Assembly (NCBI RefSeq): GCF_037042905.1
Contig: NC_087252.1
Location: forward strand, 41,974,001 to 42,038,000
Reading direction: 5' to 3'
Source: Lytechinus pictus
Taxonomy: Eukaryota
Length of the DNA stretch: 64,000 bases
Part shown: positions 1 to 9,905 of the stretch, piece after piece
Numbering within the stretch: the first letter of the stretch is position 1
Layout: each line of letters begins with the position of its first letter
Program-made: the position numbers and the translations under genes
Notes under the pieces: model-generated
Told to the model about the DNA's origin: nothing
What the model saw: the letters and a program-made list of their open reading frames with translations, nothing else
Databases searched by the model: none

Positions 1-458
1 TGCCTACCATTGTTGTCTTCATCCGTTTCTTTCACAAAATATTTAAATAAAAAAGAGTTGCCAAAGCTGTTGTACACCCGACAAAGGAAATCATAAATGA
101 TTCATTTTTCATACATGTGTAAATGACCTCCATTATGATGAAATAAGTTGCGGCAATTAATAACTAATGCACTTAATCAGTTGTCAATCCAATTGTTTTA
201 GTTCTTGGTAATTTTTTGTTTAATAAACCTAATTTCATATAATAAAATACAAAAGAACAAGTGGGAATATGACATCATCAGCCCACCTAATGAATATTCA
301 TAAAGACATGCGTAGAACTGTTTCACCGGAATAATGCAAATCTTTAAAATTCAATAACTGTTATTTGTTATCCGATTTTGATCAAATTTTCAGCATTTTG
401 CTCTGTGAATTTTACTCTATTTATTGAGATATAAATATCTCCAGCCTGGACTATCCTT
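1..458. mobile_element. Right part of a TTAA-flanked non-autonomous DNA transposon (Kolobok-like MITE)
   Basis: Ends ccagcctggactatcctt-ttaa. Internal motifs (tgacatcatc, ttatccgattttgatcaaattttcagcatt) resemble the complete TTAA-flanked elements at 36217-36710 and 48228-48826. Confidence 0.5.
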
Positions 459-731
459 TTAAAAAAATAGATGAATACGTGGACAATTTTTAACCATTGC
501 AGGCGCGATCCACAGTCGGGCTTTGGGTGTGAATTGGCGCGAAAAAAAATGACAAGCAAAAAACAAAACAAATGAGATCGCAAACAGATCATTTCACGCA
601 GTCCAATCCTCCATAGGGATTCGTCAAATTCTATGCCAATAACTGACAAAGAAAAAAACTAGAATACGCATGTTCACCACCAGGAAAGGGGTGTTGGCAG
701 CCCCTCTACACCTATTTTGATATAAGGTTAC

Positions 732-836
732 CTGTTTCATAGCTGAAGTCCATCCACCGTGCCCAGACTGTAATCTCTTGACCATCTCCATATCATCATT
801 TACTCTGACAAGTTGACCAAGACAAAGTCGATGAAC
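732..836 (-). CDS. Gene A exon: second Mind bomb SH3-like (REP) repeat, VHRLCLGQLVRVNDDMEMVKRLQSGHGGWTSAMKQ
   Basis: Boundaries aattaag|GTT ... CAG|gtaacc; 105 nt, phase 0-0. The G-x-x-V-R-V ... VKRLQxGHGxW motif is typical of MIB1/MIB2 repeats. Confidence 0.88.
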
Positions 837-889
837 CTTAATTCAACAGGTAAGTCAAAGTTGAATGTGGATTAGTACCACTTCGAACT

Positions 890-998
890 ATTATGGTGAT
901 GATGATGATGACGATGATGATGGTGGTGGTGATGGTAATAGTAATGATGATGGTGGTGGTTATGGTGATAAAGATAACGATGATGATGGTGATGATGG
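890..998 (+). repeat. (GAT/GGT)n trinucleotide microsatellite
   Basis: Visible gatgatgat/ggtggtggt run. It explains the poly-Asp and poly-His ORFs in the track. Confidence 0.9.
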
Positions 999-1602
999 AC
1001 TCGTCGCTCCGGAGCTAAAGACAGTCTTCTGTTGCATCGCAAGAAACTTACGTCCAATTGCAATCCATCCCTCCATCAACTACAAATTTGCGTTGATATT
1101 AATCATAGGACTTACGTTTGATTTTTGGACTTACGCTTGATTTACAATTGATCGTAAGTTTCGATCAGTTGCCAAATGGAACCAAATGTTCAATGATTAA
1201 AGCCTACTGAACTACAGGAGGAAATAAGCAACAAATCGTCGATAGAGTGGTAAATTTCGACTGATGTCTGGGCAAAGAATATATACGATATAATTGGTTT
1301 AGCATATCATCATCGAACATGTCATTTATTCACGCTTATGATTTTTTTCAGACGTTTTACAATGAAATATGAGGGGATTCGTGGAATTTGTAATGCACCA
1401 CATATGGGAGCTGGTGCTTGCATAATGACGTCACAAATTAGTAGTTAAAAATGACTCGTATTCTTTAAATGATTTCTTCAAAACTATCACAACATTTTTC
1501 ATTTTTATTTTATTATCATTATTTTTTTTTTTTTTGGGGGGGGTATTAAAATCCATTAATCGTTATCAGGATGAACTTATTTCTGTAATTTGTGCTAATT
1601 AC

Positions 1603-1713
1603 CTTTCTTAGAGCTGCAGAATTCATGGTGAATGTTTCTTGGCTATCATGGAAAGTCACGGTGAAGTCGCCAGTATGGGTTATTCTGTTCACAAAGCCCT
1701 TCTTTCGATATGT
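1603..1713 (-). CDS. Gene A exon: C-terminal half of first Mind bomb SH3-like repeat, TYRKKGFVNRITHTGDFTVTFHDSQETFTMNSAALRK
   Basis: Boundaries ctgcaacag|ACA ... AAG|gtaatt; 111 nt, phase 0-0. Matches the MIB2-type pattern G-x-V-x-RIT-x-x-GD-x-x-V-x-F ... T-F-x-x-x-AL-x-K. Confidence 0.87.
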
Positions 1714-2538
1714 CTGTTGCAGGATAGACAAACTAACGTTTTGAATGTGACCTTACAATTTTTTGCAATTAAGTTCAAAGTTTTACTAAGTCAAGGTAAT
1801 TTCTCTGAGTTAGGACAAAAACAATCAATCATATTTTGATACAAATAATGTAACCATGATAATGCCGTTTGCGAGATGTCCACACGAAAGTGTCAGAGAT
1901 AACATTAAAATGTTACCCCTTTGGATTCATTTCCATTAAACATGTTAATGATTTATCTGGGTCCTAATGAGTTCTATTTGTAATTTCTTGTATTTCTTCA
2001 TTTATTAATCGTAAACAGTGCTGGACAGTCCTTTTGCTGGAGCAGTCACGTTTTATCTCTCGCCTAACTCGTATGTGGACTATTGTCTTCTCTTCTGTTT
2101 GTAAAGTATACATGTATGCTGATGTATATTGCTATTGAACCTGGGATGCTGAACATGTTAGAGGGTGCCATCTGATTGTCCATGTTATTTATCAATTTCA
2201 CTTTTTCTGTTTTTGTTTAGTCGTGTACATGCATTTTAGGATTAAGACGTCATAATATATTCGTTGTAACATGCAATACAAATGTATTTTTTCAACTTCA
2301 TAAGGCTTGCTTGTACTTAGATTGATTTTTTTTTCATTCATTAAAAAAAACAGCCGGAATGTGAATAACATATTCCAATTTTGTTTTTAGATGATTAATT
2401 ATTTTGAATGCTCAATATTGAACCTATTATTGTCACAGGGCTCCATGGGAGACCAACACATTGTTGAATGGGCTTCCCTGTTTTTTTAAACAAATAAATA
2501 AAAATGAAATAAATAAATCAATATCGATGTTATCTGAC

Positions 2539-2694
2539 CAGGCGCGGATTTAGCTTTTTCCGAGAGGGGGGTTTGACCAAGAAATATGAAATGCACAAAA
2601 AGGGGGTTGGCTCCAAAATGTAGGTCTTTATATTTTTTTTACCTGGCAACCAAGGGGGGGGGGGTTAACCCCCGAACCCGTAGATCCGTCACTG
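2539..2694. mobile_element. Small hAT-like MITE with 5-bp TSD
   Basis: TIRs caggcgcggatt / agatccgtcactg, flanked on both sides by ctgac. Confidence 0.65.
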
Positions 2695-2984
2695 CTGACA
2701 ATATACCTTGAGCAAATCGGCATCTACAATTCTCTTTTCCGCCGATGATAAAACGAAAATAAATGTTCTAGACAGGGAATTTGATAAATCGGTGGCAGCG
2801 GTGGGATGATTTCACTTAAATCATATAATCAGAATGTAAAGGATGGATGTTTGGCCTATGTTCATAGATAAACAGCAGTGACATAGGAGTCGGAGCATCC
2901 GAGAGACTGAATAACGATAAAAATCGGAATTGTACCATCACCACGTAAATTACAATTAAAGATGGACTAATTTCTTAAACTCAC

Positions 2985-3094
2985 GCTGGCGATCTCAGGC
3001 TTCCACAGGCCTCTGCGTTTGTGAAGTGTCTCCAATTCTGCAGGAGTCGCGGTTACCAGAACGTTGTCTCCTTCATTCAAAGCCTCCAGATCTC
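2985..3094 (-). CDS. Gene A exon: N-terminal half of first Mind bomb SH3-like repeat, (G)DLEALNEGDNVLVTATPAELETLHKRRGLWKPEIAS
   Basis: Boundaries ttgtttattttag|GAG ... AGC|gtgagt; 110 nt, phase 1-0, compatible with both neighbouring exons. GD-x-V ... L-x-x-L ... G-x-W-x-P pattern. Confidence 0.85.
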
Positions 3095-3328
3095 CTAAAA
3101 TAAACAAAGAGAAAAGCTCACTCTTTCTAACTCAGTACACTATTACACTGCAATTGATGTTTCACATACCGATATGGGAAATAGCAAAGATTGCGGAAAT
3201 GCTTTCCTTTCTATCGAGAAAGATGCTAATATGGAATGCCTTACCGAGAGTAATTCGAACTGGCGTCATGGAATTGCCACACCGCTGCTCTAAACAACCC
3301 TATTAATTCAAAATATCATCATTCTTAC

Positions 3329-3499
3329 CAAGATTCGGTAGATGCCCGTCATAAACCTGGCCGCCAGAGCCTGACAGTGTGCAGAAGATCTTAGTGATGT
3401 CTATCCAATCTGGTGAAGATGAAAACGCAACCGCTATTTGGACATTGACTCTTTCCTCAGATGTCTGTTCACGTTTAACCACTGTCCCGAGCACCTTAC
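3329..3499 (-). CDS. Gene A exon: end of divergent MIB/HERC2-like domain, (G)KVLGTVVKREQTSEERVNVQIAVAFSSSPDWIDITKIFCTLSGSGGQVYDGHLPNL(G)
   Basis: Boundaries gtcttattatag|GTA ... CTTG|gtaaga; 171 nt, phase 1-1. GGQVYDGHLPNLG matches the GG-x-x-Y-x-D-H-L-P-x-LG linker that precedes the repeats in Mind bomb proteins. Confidence 0.82.
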
Positions 3500-3664
3500 C
3501 TATAATAAGACAGAACATGCTGCATTTTACTCTACCTAAATATTTTCTTGATTATTCCTTGTTGATACAAATGCCATCTTTCTACAATCAACGCATAATG
3601 TATTTTCATGAAGTCAGAACCATCTGTTTAAAATACATTGCTGTCAGATTTTTCCATCTGTAAA

Positions 3665-3804
3665 CTCCGAACGAAACTTTGGCAAAGCAGAGAAAAATCA
3701 TCTTAGTTTAGGGAAATGAACATCATGGAATATTTAAAATGCTCTTTGCAACAAAAATTTACATCAGGTAATTTTCTGCTTAAGTTTATGTTGATTAAAA
3801 AAAC

Positions 3805-3838
<34 letters not shown>

Positions 3839-4342
3839 GTTGAAACGTCGGTATACACGAAGCCAACCGACTCGTTTACCTATCTCAATTTCAACTCGTT
3901 TCATCCTCGACACATAAAGGAGTCGATTGTATACAGCCAGCTCCTCAGATACAAACGCATCACGTCCGACCCTAAAACCTATAAAGCTGATGCCATTAAA
4001 CTTGGCAAACGTTTTATCGAACGTGATTACCCCGTTAACATGGTAAATAAGGCAATGAAAAGGGTCGAAGGAAAAAATAGAGAAGATCTACTTAATCTCC
4101 GAACGAAACTTTGGCAAAGCAGAGAAAAATCATCTTAGTTTAGGGAAATGAACATCATGGAATGTTTAAAATGCTCTTTGCAACAAAAATTTACATCAGG
4201 TAATTTTCTGCTTAAGTTTATGTTGATTAAAAAAAAAACCATATACATATATATATATATATGGGTTGAAACGTCGGTATACACGAAGCCAACCGACTCG
4301 TTTACCTATCTCAACTTCAACTCGTTTCATCCTCGACACATA
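3665..4342 (+). repeat. Tandem duplication (432-bp unit) of host flank + (TA)n + 5' end of the Penelope-like insertion
   Basis: ctccgaacgaaactttggcaaagcag... starts at 3665 and again at 4097 with near-identical sequence. Confidence 0.9.
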
Positions 4343-6260
4343 AGGCGGTGCTGCACCATCCCGAGTTTGCTCAATCTCGAGATTTTAGCCCGATCAGCCC
4401 TCTTCGCGATTAATCTCGAGATTCAAGAAACCCCGTCTGCACCATCCCACGAGGAGCTATATCTGCTCGAGCGAGGCAACAAGCCCGATATTCCGGGCAT
4501 GCGCACTTTCGGATCTTGGAGTTTCAACGGCCCGCGCTTTTGAATAACTTCCCGCGATATGCAAGCAATGAACTCCTTTCACTAGTACTTTCGCCGAATT
4601 CAACCGGTGTTATGCAACAATCCTTTCAGCTCAGCGAGTGAAGAAGTGATGTATTCTTCGTGAAATATGATGGCGGAGTAGGAGGCAACGACAGAGAGAG
4701 AGAGGGAGAAGGAGGAAAGAAATGCTATTTGCTCACATTTTGCGAAGGAATAAGACAACACTGCTGTCAGTGTTGTTATTGAATATGACCATCGTCGATG
4801 CGATGAGCGCCTCCCCCTTCGGTCTGGTCTCTCCCGGGGTCTCTCCCAAAATCCATTCACTGGTGGGGACACCATCGCATGTGTAAAGTTGACTTTCGCA
4901 CGTGTTTATGTTTTGACCAAGGCGGAAGTGGAACGCGAATTGCATTATGGACTGACGTCATGAATAAATTACCCCGAGTCCAATCTCGAGTGCGTCTGCA
5001 CCGACGAATTAGCGGGATAATTCGTAAAATAGCGCGCTATTTTGCAAATAAACCCGAGTTGACTTGGGATTGCAATCTCGAGATTAATCCTACGAACTAG
5101 CGCGATAATTGCGTCTGCACCGCCAACTATCTCGAGATTTTTCAGATCGGGATAATTTGCCGGATCAGAAATAGCGCGCTAATTTGAAACTTCGGGATGG
5201 TGCAGACGGCCCTATAAAGGAGTCGATTGTATACAGCCAGCTCCTCAGATACAAACGCATCACGTCCGACCCTAAAACCTATAAAGCTGATGCCATTAAA
5301 CTTTGCAAACGTTTTATCGAACGTGATTACCCCGTTAACATGGTAAAGAAGGCAATGAAAAGGGTCGAAGGAAAAAATAGAGAAGATCTACGTAATCCAA
5401 AAATGAAGATCAAGAATGAAGGTAGAATCCCCTTCGTTTCCACATTCCACCCACAAACTAAAAAGCTTGCCCAGACGGTTAAGAAAGAGTGGAGTGAAAT
5501 CACGGCTGACAAGCATCTCACTAAGGTCATGCCAAAGGCCCCGTTGCATGCACAGAGGCAGCCTCCCAGTCTTAAAAGGTTGATCGTGAAGAGTCGGCTA
5601 CCGGGACCCCCTCAACCAAAGGGTAACCAACCCTGTGGAAAAGCCCGTTGTCAAATATGTCCGCACATCATAACCGACAGCTCAGTACACCTCCCTACTG
5701 GTTATGCAATCAAACCTCCCAACCACAACTGTGATTCAAGCAATATTCTGTATTGCTTACTCTGTAGCAAATGCCCAGATGTAACATACATTGGAGAAAC
5801 CAGTACTAAATTTAGGACAAGATTCAATAATCACAGGTCTACTATCCGACAACACCGCGATGGTTTCCCGGTAGCTGAGCACTTCAACAGAGAAAATCAC
5901 TCTATCAGTGATCTCAAAATAGTTCTTTTCGGAGGAGGTTATAAATCCGCGGAAGAGAGGAAACTCGCGGAACTTCGAGCTATTATTAATAGCCGAAGTT
6001 TTCAATATGGCCTTAATAAGGATCTGTCTTGGCTGGAAAAATACAATTTTTACAAATAATTTCAGGATGTTTCTCATAGGTTTATCATTATTATTACTCT
6101 ACTCTCCTCCATACATATTAACAGTTGATTTCAAGATAGAGTGATTTGGGAGGTCATTGTCACCATATTTTATCGTAATTTATTTTCTTGATATAAGCCT
6201 TTATCCATTATACTCGGCAAACAAAATAATATGCGATTATGTCGTGGCTTTATTCAATAG
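3836..6260 (+). mobile_element. 5'-truncated Penelope-like retroelement (Neptune-type): RT thumb + Cys-rich linker + GIY-YIG endonuclease
   Basis: TSVYTKPTD...YL...SFHP..IK.SI.YSQ.LR thumb motif; PCGKARCQIC linker; ILYCLLCSKC...YIGET...RFNNH...VAEHF GIY-YIG in ORF 5184-6059. Inserted in (TA)n. The 3' boundary is approximate. Confidence 0.9.
4343..5213. mobile_element. Non-autonomous PIF/Harbinger-group DNA transposon inserted in the Penelope ORF
   Basis: TIRs ...ctgcaccatcccga / ttcgggatggtgcagacggccct. The empty site cacataaaggagtc is preserved in the duplicated copy at 3911-3924, implying a 2-3 bp TSD (AT/ATA). Subterminal ctcgag/gtctgcacc repeats. Confidence 0.75.
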
Positions 6261-6825
6261 AGATGAACACTTTTCCGAATCTGGTGTCACAATCACATAA
6301 TATAGTTAATATATATGCACAAAATATAGAAAATATGCAAATACAGTTCTATAAAGATTTGTTGAATTTTATTAGAAAGGAATGGAATGGTGAAGAACAC
6401 ATAGTAATTGGAGGAGATTTTAACTGCGTCTGAAACCCCAACATAGATAAAATGGGTGAAACAAAATCTAGTAAAAAAATGTTGTTGAACGGATCAAAGA
6501 TATTATGATTAATTTCAATTTGATAGATATCTGGCGAAGTACAGTGCCGGCCGCAGGAAACGTCACGCCCGAGCACGCAAACACCCAAGGGGGCTTTTGC
6601 GTCTAACCGAGGGTATTCAAGGGGAGCCCCCTAGGGTGTTTAGCCGCGCCCGCAGTTTCCTGCGTGCTATATAATATTGGCCGTGCCCGCACTTATCCTC
6701 GGGTACCCTAGGGTACGTACATTGCATTATGTTTACATGTGCATGTACTTTGGTTATGTTGTGATAGACCATTATATTTTTATACTAGCGTGATCAGAAT
6801 CTATTCTAGATTTTTTTTTTTTTAG

Positions 6826-7260
6826 ATGTTATGTGTTTTCTTTTCTTTCATTTTTTCATTTCTGTTTTCCCTTTTAATTCTTTTCCCTTATTCCCTCTTT
6901 CCTTTCTTCCTTCCTTCATGTTTTCTTCTGTCTTTGTTTCTTTCAAATAATGAAGGAATTCTTTTTCTTTCTCTTTTCCTCCATTTTTCTTACTTTTCTC
7001 TTTTCTCTCCTTATGTTTTTTCTTTCACACATTTATTCATCTTCCCTTCCTTTATATTAATTCTTTCTTTCTTTATTCATTTCAAGTAATGACGGAAACT
7101 GTTATCTGTCTTTTATTCTTTCTTTCATCCTTTTATTCAAACTTTTTTCCTTTTAATTTTTCCTTATTTTTTTCTTTCCTCTCAATTCATTTCTTGTTTC
7201 CTCATTTTTTTTCTCTTTTGTTTCTTGCGCTCACCCTCCCTTCCCCTTTCTTAATATATT
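6826..7260 (+). repeat. Polypyrimidine low-complexity tract
   Basis: Almost purely C/T; source of spurious Phe/Leu/Ser ORFs. Confidence 0.85.
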
Positions 7261-8552
7261 TTGTTAACAAGTCTAACATTGTGTAGCCTTTTTGTTGATT
7301 TTTTGGCCTGGCTCGGTCGATCCGATGTTACATAGTGCTTTGTCGATTGTCCCGTATTTAATTTTGTGAAATCTGGTCACCCTTGCTGGAACATCGAATT
7401 TATTGTTTTTCATTTACCGCAATGAATCTAATCAATTAATCTAATTTGATGCATTAGGTAAACTTATTTTCCTTACGCCTTACGTGGGAGGCATACATGT
7501 ATCATACAAACTTGTTTAAAAAAATAGGACACAATTGTGATTTAATGTCATGGAGATCAATTCTTTATCTTTTGTGATAATTTTTTTTTTCTCTCCAAAC
7601 GTACCCATTCCTCTCCCTTCAGCGTGAACTTTACACCTAATCCCATCTCCTTATTATGAACAGTGTAAGAACTAGAAAACATTTGAAATATTCTTCCTTG
7701 AGTTTTAACGGGGTGCACAGGGTGGAATCAGGAAAGAAGAAAGAAAGGCATATCAACAACAAAAAATAATTAAAATAGACAAAAGACATTAATAAGCAGA
7801 CATGATTTCTTTGTAAATCAAAATTGACAAGTTATTAACAGAGTGAATGTTAACAAACATTAATGACAAACTTAAAATAAAACAGAATTATGAATATCAA
7901 GGGCATTTGTGAATTCTCATTATGTTAAAACAAACATGCGGTCAATATTGGGATCGTCAATTCGTTGACATAGTTGATAAAACCCTAATAAAGGGAATGA
8001 AAGGTACGTGAAGACGAATACTAGTATGACCAAGATCATACAAAGTAGACGTGCAAAAAGCGAACACCAACAAAACTGGTTGTGCTCATCGATTTGTTAT
8101 TTGGTTCTTTTGTTATTGTCAACAGTCTGGTAGTCTTGCTCCCCGCCCACACCTTTGATCTCCTTTGATCACATCCGCTCCCCAATTTATGACAGGATGT
8201 TCGTAGAAATGGGGGGAGGGGGATTAATTTGTTGATGCGTTAACAACAATAAATGAGGATGTTCTTTTCATTTCGGTTCAAATCGGGTCTCTAAAACCCT
8301 CACCCTATAAAAAGTATAAATTTACCTAAATGGAACAGATTTATCTTTTTGCTAAAACATCTGATTACATTACCTGCACTCTATTGCGGTTTTTAAGTTA
8401 CATTGGTAGATATTCGAATTGGGAAGAGATGAAAGTGGTGGAAATAATAAATGAGAAGAAGGAAGAAATATACTTTGTTATATGAATTGGAAATGATAAA
8501 ACCAAGTCGCAACTTGGTATAATACAGAATTCAGTGTTATATGGCAGCTAAA

Positions 8553-8617
8553 AATAATAATACATGGCATTTGTAAAGCGCACTTTCCATCTTGATTGGA
8601 TGCTCAATGCGCTTCAG
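8553..8617 (-). mobile_element. L2/SINE-type 3' tail fragment
   Basis: Reverse complement reads gcgcattgagca...gcgctttacaaatgccatgtattattatt, the same tail type as 21108-21179 and 61300-61370. Confidence 0.55.
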
Positions 8618-9057
8618 AGCAAAGCAACCAAAGCTATTTACATAATGTTACTATTTAAAAAAATTCTAGCGCATTTAGCTTCAATGTTTAAACACATACC
8701 CTAGTAAAAGTATGTTTTCGAAAGCTACTATGAAGTAGTGTGTGGAATGGGTACTTAACGAGTTAATTATCACTTGCCGACAAAGCAAGAATGGAGCAGC
8801 TATACAAACCATTCTTTTCTTTTGTTAAGAGTTTTGGTGGGTGCTCACGCAAACGCTAACTATCAAACCTAACAATTCTTTTGGGGGAACAAAGGAGTCA
8901 GTCAAGCCAAGTTAAAGAATGAAAGCCCCGTCCCGGTTCACCTTTATATAGTCGAAAATCCTTTTAATCATCACGCGTGAGCATTACTGAGTAAAACAAG
9001 TTTTATAACTAAGTACTGCAGAACTATATGGTATCCATATTACCATGAAACAATAAG

Positions 9058-9905
9058 CCCCCTCTATTTTCTCTTTCTCCCCTTTCCCCTTCGTTTCTTC
9101 GCTCCCTTCTGCTTCTCTCACTTTTTCTATTTCCTTCTCATTTTCCCTCCATCCCTTCCTATTTGCCTTTTTCTTTCATTTTTCTTTCTTCTTTCTTGAA
9201 TGAGCGGATGTTAATTCGGGACAAGTTTTTAATTGATGCAACGAGAGCAGGAAATTGTGAGCATGGTGAGAGAAAATAATAACAAGATTGAGCGCAAGAA
9301 TGTTCAATACTTGTCATCAGCGTAAAAATGGGCATATGCGAGTTACTAATGTATTTTCTGACATGAAAATCTGGACAAATTCCCAAATTTTTCTTCCCAC
9401 TTTCTCTCTTTTCCTCTACTTTTTCTTAAGTCCCACTTCTATTGTCCCCTGTACTTCTTTCCTTTTCCTGCGCCCTTCCTTCTCTTCCCTTTTTCGCTTT
9501 TTTACTCCATTTTATTATGTCTCCCTTCTTCATTTTATTTAATTTCCCCCTCCTTATCATTCTCTCTTTCTCATTCTGTCCTTCCTTTTCTTCCTTTGTC
9601 TCTTCTTCTCCCCTTCGATTTTCAATCTATTTTCCTTTTCTCCTTCTCCCTCTTTTCTTTCTGCCTTACCTTCCCCTTTTTATCCCCTCTGTTTTCTTCT
9701 CCATTTTACCTTTTCCTTATTTCTTTTCTTTACCCCCTCTCCCTCTTTCTCCTCTTCGCCCCCCCCCCCCCCTCTATTTTCTCTTTCTCCCCTTTCCCCT
9801 TCTCTCACTGTTTCTATTTCTCTTATCTCTTTCCTTCTCGTCTTCAATCCATCCCTTCATTTTCGCCTTTTCTTTCATTTTTGCTTTCTTCTTCTCCCTT
9901 TTATC
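9058..9905 (+). repeat. Polypyrimidine low-complexity tract
   Basis: C/T-dominated sequence with a short mixed interruption at 9200-9385. Confidence 0.85.

Noticed and set aside
368-649. Possible next gene A exon after acceptor ctttgtcag
   Set aside because: The required phase 0 gives an immediate stop (TTA TTG GCA TAG), and the open frame does not resemble the expected repeat end.
865-1140. Poly-Asp (+) and poly-His (-) ORFs
   Set aside because: Translations of a (GAT/GGT)n microsatellite inside a gene A intron.
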